A stretch of 64,000 nt of DNA from Phoronis australis (taxonomy: Eukaryota; Animalia; Phoronida), in NCBI GenBank assembly GCA_002633005.1, contig NMRA01000299.1, positions 331,754 to 395,753 on the forward strand, written 5' to 3'. Under the pieces are notes generated by a model, which saw only the letters and a program-made list of their open reading frames with translations, did not search any database and was not told the origin of the DNA. A program made the translations under genes and the position numbers. Each line of letters starts with the position of its first letter. Position 1 is the stretch's first letter. Of the stretch, positions 23,101 to 35,100 are shown piece after piece.

Positions 23101-26100
23101 GTCCTCCATCTCCCCCTTGTCTTCTATCTTCTTCTTCATGCACTAGTTGATTTTGGTGACCTTGGACCTTATTCCCTTTTATTTCAACTATAACATGGAA
23201 TTTATTTAGTATTCACGTAGCCTTCCTCCTAAACTTAATACATGTTGATACTGCACACTATCAAGTTCCAACTCAATTGAGCTAATGAATGGTGAGAATA
23301 GGCACCTAACAGATTCAGATTCACTTTGCAGTGACCCCTACTGGTAGACACAGTTTAGAACTCATGCATGTACTTATCTGGTCATACTATCAGTCAAACA
23401 CTTAGTGATTCTTCACGTATTTTGCACATAATGTGACTGAGAAATTCTGTGTTGTCAAAATTCGACACAAAAATATAGACTTACTTAGACAATTTTAGTC
23501 TATTACTAGTATAGTTTGTACTGCATAGTAACGTTTCCGGTATTCTTAGCAAAGTTGTCAGCCTTTGAAATGTGGAAAATGACAATTTTGCCAATTATTT
23601 TTTAACGAGAATTACTGATGTTTTTGGTAAGATGCAAAGCAAATCTTGTGAGCATGATTTGTGAACCCTGCAGTATTTTTTTACTTTTTAGTATTCATCA
23701 AACTGAGGTTAGTAATTACAATTACACCACTCTTAATTAATTTATGTCTAGGTTTGGTATTATATTGGTACCAAAGCAATAAATGTCAGCAATGGTGATC
23801 TTGGGATGTGGTTTGAACATCTGGACTTGTGCAGATGACCATGTTAGCCCCTTGGCTTGTCTGGTACCTTGTGAAGGAACTGAACTTCTAATAACTTAAT
23901 GGAACATGGCAGTGTTGATGGATACACATTATTTGGTTTATTGTCGCCGTGCTCCTTTACCCACATTCAAGCTTGTAATCATTTTTCAGGGGAGGTCAGG
24001 AGTCCACTGATATGGCCACCAGCTTGTGCATTCACCCAGTCAACAACGACTATGTGATATTTGCAGTATGCAGAGATCACAAGTTACGAGTCTGGTCATG
24101 CAAGGTGATTTTTTAGTTTCTTCACTTCAAGCATCATAAATCAGGTTCTCTTCACTAGGGTATTTGCTTTTTCAAAAGCAACGTGATGTTTTAATCCTTT
24201 GTTTGAACGGAAATTGGTTTATATAATAAATTGCCTGTAAATTGCTCTGACAGCCCTGCTGTTTCAGCAGCTGCATGACATTTTACTTGGATGTGTCTGA
24301 AGCAGTAATGAACTCTCAGTTCTTCTTACGTGAAGAAATTCTTTCTAGTCAGTTTATGTATGTGCTATAGTCCTGCCCTTTCTGTGAATAAGAACTTCTG
24401 ATTGAAGCTATCATCTTGTTGCCAACTCAGATAACAAATAATTGTTAATCTTGAGAAATACTGACTGTTTGATCATGACTTCATCAGACACTAATCATTA
24501 CAGTTTGCTTGTCACGGCAGGCTAGTTCAACTGTGGAAGCTGTGTAGCTGTCAGGGAATTCTTGGGGTGTTGCTGCTAATTTCAGCCCAAATGGTATAAG
24601 AATGTGACAAGTTGGTTTTGTAGAGCATAAACGCCTGTGACTTTAGGGCTCTGTTTCATCAAAGTGACTGGAGACTGAAGACAGAAATGTGGTCTTGTGA
24701 TCCCATTTTACAATTACTGATAAAAGGTTTTGCTGTGTGATTATGAGCGCATCAGAGTGTAGAAATGATCAATTTCTGAAGCCTACAAGTTTGTGTATAT
24801 TCTCAGAGACTTTGGACGTTTGCACAAGTGAGATTTAATTGTTTTTCAGAACTAGCTGTGTGGAGCTTAATACCAAATTACTCACTTAAGTCATAACACT
24901 TCATTAAATAGGTCCTCAAACATGTTTATAAAGACTTTAAAATGTGACCCACTTATTGAACTGCGAGAATTCTCAAAATGATGTTGTAAAATAGTTGTCC
25001 TTGTGTTATCCAGCAATATTATCTTCCGATGAAGTTGTCATTGCTAATCCTGTCATTAGCCCTCATTCACTCAACCATCCGTGTTTGCCTCGAGTATGCT
25101 GTTGACTTCCTGGGGTCTGTTTCATGGAAAGTGACTTAAAGGTTAATGCCACCCAATTTAATTAGTTTTTTTACTGTTTTAATTGGTCTATATCCACGTC
25201 ACCTCGTATACGGTCGATCTTACCTCGCCGAGAGGTGTCGCGTTAACCTGTGAGGAAGGTGAGAAACGATGCAGCGACGTCAGTGGTTCTTTTGCTGAGT
25301 GAGTGCCACTGTGGTGTGGTGTATCGGGGTCGCTTGTGCGAACTATGAAGCTGCGAGAAAAGCGAGTATATCGTTTTTTGGATTTCACCAAGAGCCCATA
25401 ATGCTTTGGAAGTGGCTCATGGTAGTTAAGAATGAAAAGTACGTCGTTAATTCCAAATATGAAGCTGTGAAACTTCTCTGCGTCTGTCACTGGCCGGCAT
25501 TTTGCTAGAGGTGATTTCACTGACGATCGAATGCCGGCTTATCAAACAGCTCATGCCAGGCCAGAAAAACGGACTGAGGCTGATGTCAGATGTTGTGCTT
25601 AGTGTGTTTGTGTCCGACATGCAGCAGACAAAGAAACGCTGTTTGGTTGTTGATTAGTTTTTAGTTATGGAGAATTGTAGTTCGCCATGAAAACATAAGC
25701 AATTACAATTAATTCAAGTCGTGAGAACATAAAGTTTTTACATAACCTGTTTGATAACTAACTCGTTCGTCAGGCTTCTGTTTGGTCTCCTGGGTGTAGG
25801 ATGTTTTCGCCAGTTCTTTTTCTCAGCGGCCTAAAAATGTTTATGTACACCTCTGTTTAGACGCAGTGTGAAATCAGGTTGGTCCGTGAGACACATCTGC
25901 TCTTCTCCAAGAAGGCGTTTCACTTGCGGAATTTCGTTTCAGCAAATGCAAGTGTCAGTCGTTTCCATTATCGTGACACCATGACAAGTCATTCAAACGG
26001 TTTTCAGAACTATCTTTGTGTTCTGTTGTCTGTGCATGTTCACGGAGCCTCTCTAGTATTTCTTGATCAGTGTATTCCGGTTCGAAATGATAGCCTGTGA

Positions 26101-29100
26101 AGTCTTCGTTGAATGAGCGTCAGGATTGCGAGTTGGCACGTTGATGTTTATTATTGTGTGTTCTGTTTAAAAATGAATTATTCTCACCCTAATCATTGCA
26201 ACTTGTAATGCCTTGGAGTGTTGAGTGCAAATGTTTTGAGAAGCCAGCAATGAATAAATCACTGTGTTACTGGCTTTAGATGGAATAAACTAATTGACCG
26301 GGCACTGAGGCCGTGTGAGCGCATGCTAATTCAGTGTTTGCTGACAGAAAGCTGTGGTGAAACAATAACCGATTTTATATGTTATGGTCAAATTCAGGGA
26401 ATCTTTATTTAGGTGTTCATATACGTCATTCGAATCATTGTCGCTGTACAACTTATGCCATGATGGTTCTGTGGAAGGGTAACCCAACTTGCGGCCCATG
26501 ATGAGCTAGTAAATGGATTTGCAGTTTCGTTGCTAATTCACCAAAATAATCACATGCACATTGTTTCTTTTTGTTGCTGGAAGTTTAGTTTCCATCTGTG
26601 GCTGGTTTATGTTCGTGATGTCTTCAGTCCGGCCACGTTGGGCCTGATCGGGTTTCAAGCCACTGGCCGGGATAGCAAGAAATGTTAATTTCACAGAAAA
26701 GAAGCCAACATAAAAGTTGTCCAGAATTTCATGGAGATTTTCACCATATGTAAATCTTCATCATAGCATTAGTGAAACTAAACTGATCCACTGTCATCCT
26801 CTCACACCTGGCTCCAGCCATCACTTACATAAACCTGCCAATATCTCCCAAACCAGTAATCACTGCCATATGGTTTAAATAAGAGAAATGTAGAGGAAAT
26901 TGTGAACTATGGAATGCGCATGCTCACATATCTAAACTACACTCCAGGGCTTTTACAATTTCTGAATGAAAATCACAAGTGTCCTGGGGTGAGTGCACTC
27001 TTCTAACGCAGCCCAGCTGCTGCTTATCATAGTGGATTGAGTACACCCAACACATTGTAATAGGATAATTGTCATGTCAGCTGACCTCGCCTAGCGCAGG
27101 ATAAGGGTTAAGTCACTTTTCATGAAACAGAGCCCAGATGGCTATGGTTCATTGTCTTCTGTGTTTAATTAAGCAATTAGTAGTTCACTTCGTATTGAGT
27201 CACGTTGCACACAGTTTGCTTTGATCAAATACTGCCCGTGAAACTACACAAGATAGAATGTGAGCAAAACATCTTTATTGTCACTTAACTTTCCAGAGAC
27301 TGGAATGCCTCATTTCTTGGGACCTTCTCAACTACATCCCAGACAGTGTTGACCCAACAAGAACCTTTGCCGGGGTTCAAAGTCACATGATCAAGAAGTC
27401 ACCCTTGTCAAAAGAGGGCGTTGTCACTTTGGGTGTTTACCTGACATTCGGTGATTCTTCACAGTTCCTGGTCCTACAGCCAGCATTTGTTGATGGGCAG
27501 TACCATTTGAGTCATGTGTCTACAATGTTTGGACGGAATGTAAGTGCCAAATTGCAGCATCCCATTTTATTTTAGTTTTTTATCCGCCCGCTTGGTTGCA
27601 CATTGTTGTCATCTTGTCCATGCTCAATTTATCAAAAACTCTTTCACATCTTGATTAAGTTTGGCACAAGTGTATAGAGCATCAATAGAAGAGTGCATGC
27701 CACTTTTGGATGTTTTTGGGAAGAGATTTGCGAATAAGTAGAGAACCGATGGACGGATTTCAATAAAACTTGATACAAAGTTATGCGTTGAAAATGCATT
27801 GGTGCCACTTAACTTTCAGGTTAGTTCGACCTCTGCAGCACCCAATAATTGCTGTTTTGGTCTTGACTAGGATCTTTTGCAGCTGTATTTTTGGTGTAGA
27901 GCTTTTTCAGATGATGTCTAAGAACTGAGTGACAGATTTCAATGATACTTTGACACAGAGGTATATGGATAACAATGTGGCGGCACCAGTTTTGACTGTT
28001 ACAGCACCTCTTTGGCCTTTTGGTCTTGTCCAGTTTTTTGAACGATATCTCATAAACCCTGGTTGGATCTAGGTGAAATTTGACACAAGAGTTAAGGCGC
28101 ATTCCACTTTCAGTATGTCCTGACCACCCCCCAGGACCAGAGGGTTGGGGATTTTTTAATTAAGCAAAAACATCAAATTTTCAAGACTCGCAACGTTGTC
28201 TGCTTTTTTTCAACTTCAGCAAATCAACGTTATCAGAACTTAGGAACACGAGTTCTCAAAATTGTGGATTTCATTGAAACTTTCCAATTTTAATATTTAT
28301 TTATCAATCTAAAAAATGCTGTTAGGATTTTTCTTTTAAAGTCCTAGTTGTATTGAACTGTGCAATTCCTAACAGCGTTTTTGAGAAATGTCGGCAGGTT
28401 TTCATTTAATGTACAAGGTCTCATTAAAATCGACTATTAGGGTATTTGTCTTATGAATGTACCTTTGTTAAAAAGGAAAATTTGGCTTTAAATGGTGGCC
28501 ACAGTATAATAAAAATGACATGAAAGTATGAAGTGAACTTTTATAATCCCTAATCTTCTTTCAGAAAATATATTGGTTGACACATTTGAGTTTTTCTAGC
28601 AATTGATTTTGAAATAACTTTCCTTAATAAGGTCCTATATAATCTTAACTTGACCTGCACTTGATTCTTGTAGGATACTTTAGTTGACTTCTGTTTGACA
28701 CCTGCTCACCTCTGGACCTTATGGTCAGGTACGGAGAGTGAACCAATTGTGCAATACGCTAGCCTCGGGGGTGAGTCTGTGTCTACAAACATTTGGGCTG
28801 ATGTGTTTCTGGAGTCATCCCTACCCAGTGAGATCGTCATTTCTGACTTTATGGATCCGAGAGAGGCGTACACTCTTCGCATCTTCCACCCGGGCCAGTT
28901 TTCTCTGCAGGCTATTGCCAAAGCACTAAATGTAAGTCCACTCATACATACTGATTGCCTTTGGAAGGTTTCAAATAGTTTGAGGTAATGGGCTACTTTT
29001 ATTACCAATGATCAAATTTTTAAAATAACATTTAAGTATTAATAGTAGACCTATAAATTATATGTTTTGAAATTCTTTGACAATCACAGAATCTTTTATA

Positions 29101-32100
29101 CACGAAAGATGTTTGTAGTCATGTTATTGGGATTTTTCCCAAAAGTTGTGATTATTCACATTTGTACCAAACTTTTGTCCATGAATTACAAAAGCGTGTC
29201 TGAGGGATTTTTTCTTAAGCCCTTTAAAGCACGAGAGTTTGGTTGTCAAAAAAACATCACCTCCATTTTTTCAAGAAATGTTAAGGTCGTCATTTTTCAA
29301 AACAATTCTTGAAATGAAATCCCAGACTCTTTTTTATAGCTCATAGAATAATAAAAAAAGCAGAATTTGCATGTTTTGCTCAAAAAGGTTCTTGTTTGTG
29401 AAAGGTATGGTGATCTCTGAAATATCAAGAATTTTAGAAAAAACGCTGTCATGTGGAACATGTGGGTATCAGCTTCAAGGATTTTGAAAATTTTTAGTAT
29501 TGTAAGAATTGTGTTATTACTCAAGAGTTATTTAAGAAATTTCACACTTGGTAACAAAGGGAGCCTATTACGTTGACAAAAGGATACTTAACCCGATTGG
29601 GTAATTTCACTCACAGCTGGTTCTGTCACGTGCTATAATTGTACAGTTATGACATCCCTCGAGAGGTTAAAGCACTGCTCACGTAAGACATCCTCGCTGA
29701 GTCTCAGAGCAAATAACATGGTTTGGGGTGTGTTTTTTTTTTCCTTAGAAATAGGTTAACTCTCCTTATCTGAGTTTTTGAACTTGTTGCTAACCACTGC
29801 GCCTTGACAATAGTTACAGACGAGTTACGTTTAACAAATATGAGTGATCCATCTTAGTTATATTGTTTTGATGATCTAAAACACGGTTTAGGTACCCTTT
29901 GAGAAAATTAATGTGTTGCACTTAATAAGAACAAGTTTTTGGTTGTCATGGTTATTCCAGCTTGATAATTGTTTATAATTAGTCATTAAAAACCATAGTT
30001 TGTCCAATAAATGCAAAAGTATAGTTCTTTTATCATCTTAGAATTTGCTGCATTTTTTCGACTTTCAGATTTATCACAGATCAGCAAAGGTTTCAACAGA
30101 CGTTCCTATTGAATCATTGAAAGAACAGGTGACCACTGCTGTAGAGAATGAGGCAAGTTCAACTGCTTTCAAAATAGGGAAAACCCTTTCTAGTCAACAT
30201 TATGCTTAGTTGCTGTTAGGTGTTTTAGGTATTACCGCTAGGGGGCAGTTTTGAGTTTTATCAAGGAGTTCTAGTTGGTCACCGATGGTGAGCAGATGTG
30301 TGTCATGATTTATCTGAACACTGAGGCTGGACTTTATGTTTTCTTCATACTTTCTAAATACTGAACGTTATTTGTTTATGTGGTGACCCTTTGCTACGGC
30401 ATGGACAGCAGCGCATTTTGTATGGAACTTGACTGTATTATTTTGGTGGACTGGTAGAGTTAGCGGAACGCCTTGCCTTGGTGATGAAGACTGAAGATGC
30501 CGCGAGTTTCAATTTTTCTACTGTTGGTGCTGACGTTCTACCCTGTCTTCGTCCCAAGTTTCGCGTAACTTGTTATCATGTTTGTAAATATGTAAATAGA
30601 TATTGATTTAGATCAGGATAACTGAAAAGTCTTTCTTTTTGTTTATATTACTGTAACAGTTGCGAAGAAGAGACATTTATATTCTTTTCTTGTAATGCTT
30701 GATGTTGTGAATGGATATTACATTTAAAGCCAATTCCCACATTCCTGATCCAATGCTCCTCATATGCTGAAGTAGAAAAACCTGCAGTTGATATGAGTGA
30801 GTTAGTTTTATATGCTGACGCATTACGGAGAGGATCCAGGCAAGTAAATGATTTATTGTGCATCACTCAGGTTTTCAAAATTTTTGATGTCTGCATTGCG
30901 AATTACCATGCAATAATAAAACTTGATGGGGACCAGAATGATAGATGGCTAATTAATTGAAATTAGAAGTTAGTGATTAGCCAAGAGCAGTGTTTAACTG
31001 TGGAGCAAGTGTACTTTTAATGCTCGAATTTGTGGGTAAGTGCTGCAGAATCGGGGGGGGGGGACACCATAGTACTTGGGAAGTGGTCATTGTGTGGTCA
31101 CAGTAAAATGTGGTCAAAGGTTAGAGGCCATGTCACAACTTTGTTGCGGCTTGCATAGCAGTAAAAAATCTGAACTTGTTTATAAGTTCTAGTCAAACTT
31201 TTTATGAATTTATAATGAGATCAAATAAACAGTTCCGAAGACTGGTTTTATGGTCAAGTTGATTGTAAGTGGCTAGGTAACACTCTGTGAAAAGATAGTC
31301 AGTATGGTGTTTGTTTATCACAGATTCACAGCCAGGCAAGTGAGTATGAAGTGTCAGAGGATGAGTACTACCAGCTGCAGCTGCAACAGTGGTCCAAGTT
31401 CTACTCATGCTGTGTTCAGTATCAAGAGGTTGGTGGTCTAATGTTGTAGTACCGGTGTTTGTGTACGCCAACATCTATATGAATTGGCTGGTTATAGATC
31501 AGGGAAATGTGAGTCAAAAGTTAAGATGTTGCATTGGTGGCACAGGTTTCCCCCACCTGCCTTGGAAGAAAATGGACTTATAAATGAAAAAAGGTCCATT
31601 GTTACATTTTCTGAAAAAGCAATTCGCGTAACTTAAGCATATTTTCTGGACTGTTCAGAGAACGTAAGAAAAATTTACTAACAAGATTTAATTCGTGCTA
31701 AGTTGAACTACGAGAATTGTGAGATCTTTTCCTACAAATGCAGCTGTCAAATTTCAAACTCCATGTAGAATGCGAGAACTCACATCAGGTATACTTTCAA
31801 ATGAAAACATTGGTGTGTTGAAAAGAGTCATCTTTCACTGTAGTGGGAAACTCAAATTCAAAAAACAGTGCTAGTGAATAAACGAACTGCCTCGTAGATA
31901 TGCATTAAGGTAGTCATGTGGGACCTTTAGCCCACGAACTTCTCCATGTTGATGACCTACTTTATACTCTGGACGACCTTTTTCTATAAGTATATACTAG
32001 ATCATCATGTTTCAGGTTGGTTCCAAACCTTTAGGTCTGTTCTCAGATGTTGCTACTGGGATGGTGTGTGTTGTGAAGAAGACAACTTTGTCCTACATCC

Positions 32101-35100
32101 GACCATGCGACATACTGGAGTTTTTCCAGTTGTCTCCCCAGTATCAGATCACATTTGATGACTTTCCATCTAAATATATTCAAGGTAAGGTAAAATTCGG
32201 CTTATATTGGAGCATTATATCAATGATGGGTGACTGGATTTAAATGACATTTTCAGATATAATGATTTATACACTGTTGTTCAAAATGTGTTTAGGAATA
32301 GTTTAAAACTTTCATTTAGGACTTTTTATGTTTATCATGAAATAGTAATAGCATAAAGAAATGAACTCAAGCAGTAAAGCAGAACATTTTAATTTAGCAC
32401 TTGCAAATATCGGTATCTGGTAAAAAAGGCTCGAGAATTGTCTCCGTAAGGCTATCTGTGGGTCATTTTTATGCGCCCACAGATTTATATGTGGACACAT
32501 TATGCCGTCATCTCCGTCCGTCCGGCGTCCGTCTGGCGTCCGCTGCTCTGTCTCCAAAACGCCTTGACGTATGTTCATGAAATTTTGCACGTGTTCCTTC
32601 CGTAGATGGGATGGCATGAGCGAACTTTCGGATGGATCTGACTACCGGTGTGCCCCCTAGTGGCAATTTTAATTATTTACGTTTACCTCTGTATCTTCAA
32701 AAGTCCTGAAAGGATCTTCATAAAAGTTGGTATATAGGCACCTATTAATGAGATGACGCTATCCTCCCGTTTTCAGATGGATTTGACGTAGTTTGAGCCA
32801 CCTACTGGTCATTTTTACTGTTTTCGAGTCTGTTTTTTGCGTCCTCCCCTCTATCAAGCAGACTGCTCAAAGGATGATTGTGAAAATTGGCATGTATGTT
32901 TTTACTATGAAGTGGACGGCTAGCGATGATTTTCCGACAACTTCGACTACTGTGGCGCATCCTAGTGGCATTTTGTTTTTTACGCCCATGGCTGTATCCC
33001 CTAAAGTGTTCGCAGGATCTTTACTAAATTTAGTAAGTGTGTTCATATGATGTCAACAACGGAGGACGACGACTTCAGACGGATCTGACTACTGGTGTGC
33101 CACCTAGTGGCAATTTTATTTTTTTTACTTTTACCTCAGTCTGTATGTTCAAAGGTCCTCAAGGTATTTTCATAAAATATGGCATACAGGCATCTGTTAA
33201 TGAGATGACGATATCACTCCGTTTTCAGATGGATTTGACCTAGTTTGTGCCTCCTAGTGGCCATTTTTACTGTTTTCGAGTCTGTTTTTTGGCGTCCACT
33301 CGTCTATCAACCAAACCGCTTTCAGGATAATTGTGAAAATTTGCATGTATGTTTTTACTATAAAGTGGATGGCGGACGATGATTTTCCGACGAGTTCGAC
33401 TACTGTGGTGCTTCCAAGTGGTAGTTTTGTTTTTTGTTGTGCTCATGGCTGTATCTATTAAACCGTTTGCTGGATCTTTACCTCATTTAGCAAGTGTATT
33501 TTATATGATGTTGACAATGGATGACGACTACTTTCGGACAGATTTGACTAGTGGTGTGCTTCCTAGTGGCAATGTTATTTTTTTACATTTACCATTTTGT
33601 ATCTTCAATGGTCCTCAACAGATTTTCATGAAATTTTAAATATAGGCATCTATTGATGAGATTACGCTATCACCTTGTGTTTGGATGGAATCGAGGTATT
33701 TTGCGCCACCTGAGTGGTGGCTGTTTTTTGCTCTTTTCAAATCTTGTTTTTGTCATCCATCCCTCGATCAACCAAATCGTTCTAGGAATGGTTTTGAAAA
33801 TAGGCATATAGGTTTTCAGTGTGAAGAGGACGTTTGATGATGGCGACTGACTACTGTGGCACCTCCTAGTGGTAGTTTTGTTTAGCACCCATAACTATAT
33901 CTCCAAAACCAACTGCAGGATCTTTATTACTCTGCACGTGCAAACGCAGAGTACTGCTGTTCCTGGGTTTTCTTAAATTTTATTCTTATTACTCTGCGCG
34001 TGCAAGTGCAGAGTACTGTTTTTCCTGGGTTTTCTCCAGTTTTATTACTCTGCGCGTGCAAGCGCAGAGTACTGTTGTTCCTGGGTTTTCTTCAATTTTA
34101 TTCTTATTCTTATTCTTATTCTTCTTCCGACCAAATTTGACACTTAATAACTACAAATTGGGTGCAGGTACGTTCTTTAAATTCAGCATATGATTTTTGA
34201 CAGTACATAAATTTTGATTCGTTATATAATCATTTCCATATTGCACCGGAAGAGGTTGTTTGGTGCAAAGGTCATATAATTTTCAAAATGCTACTCCTTC
34301 TTCAGTTTTAAAGCTATCTTGAAATTCAAAAGTCTGATTGGTACGTCCAATTCAATTCGAAATACAAAGTTTCAGGTCATTTAGTGCAACCACGGGGTCA
34401 TTACGTGCATTTTTCTTCTGAAAATTTGTCCTTTTCATTCACCAAGTATTCTGATGTGTCAACCGTTAGACAGCTGTGATTCTCAGCATGAAATATGTTT
34501 TTCACAGACTTTGCAATAGTTCTACTAAAAGGGATTGTAATGCATTGGATAGGATCAATTAGTGCAAAGGTCATCTTCTTTTGAAAAGGTTATTTCTCCT
34601 ACATTTTTCAAGGAATTGTTTTCAATTCCAGCTCATTTGTCTAAACCTCAGGGTTGGAATTTTCCGTGGAAACGTGGATTTACGCTTTTTTCAAATGTTC
34701 TGTCCGCGCATATTATTATATTTCCGCGTAAAAAAAATCGGATTTGATGATTATAAAATTTCCGCGGCAAATTTCTTTCTTACCGCGGTGTTGCAGACGA
34801 CGTTCACCTCGAAAAGCGGAAGTTGCTCTTTATGTTTCGGAGGAACGTAAATTGTCAACATTGCCGGGGCATCTGGGATAGCGTGGTGGGATTTTCAATG
34901 GCGTCTCGTGTTATTGTAAACCGCGGCGACAAATACTACGGCTCTGCAGCCAAAAATGTGTAGGTTGGGAGTGGACGGACGAGCTAAAAGGACGCAGACA
35001 CATGCTACTGATGGTGGTAACGTTTTTTTTTTTTAGTTCCGATTTTTGTCGGGGAAAGGTTCACATCGACCATTTCAAGGCTGGGTAGCGCGCATGATTT

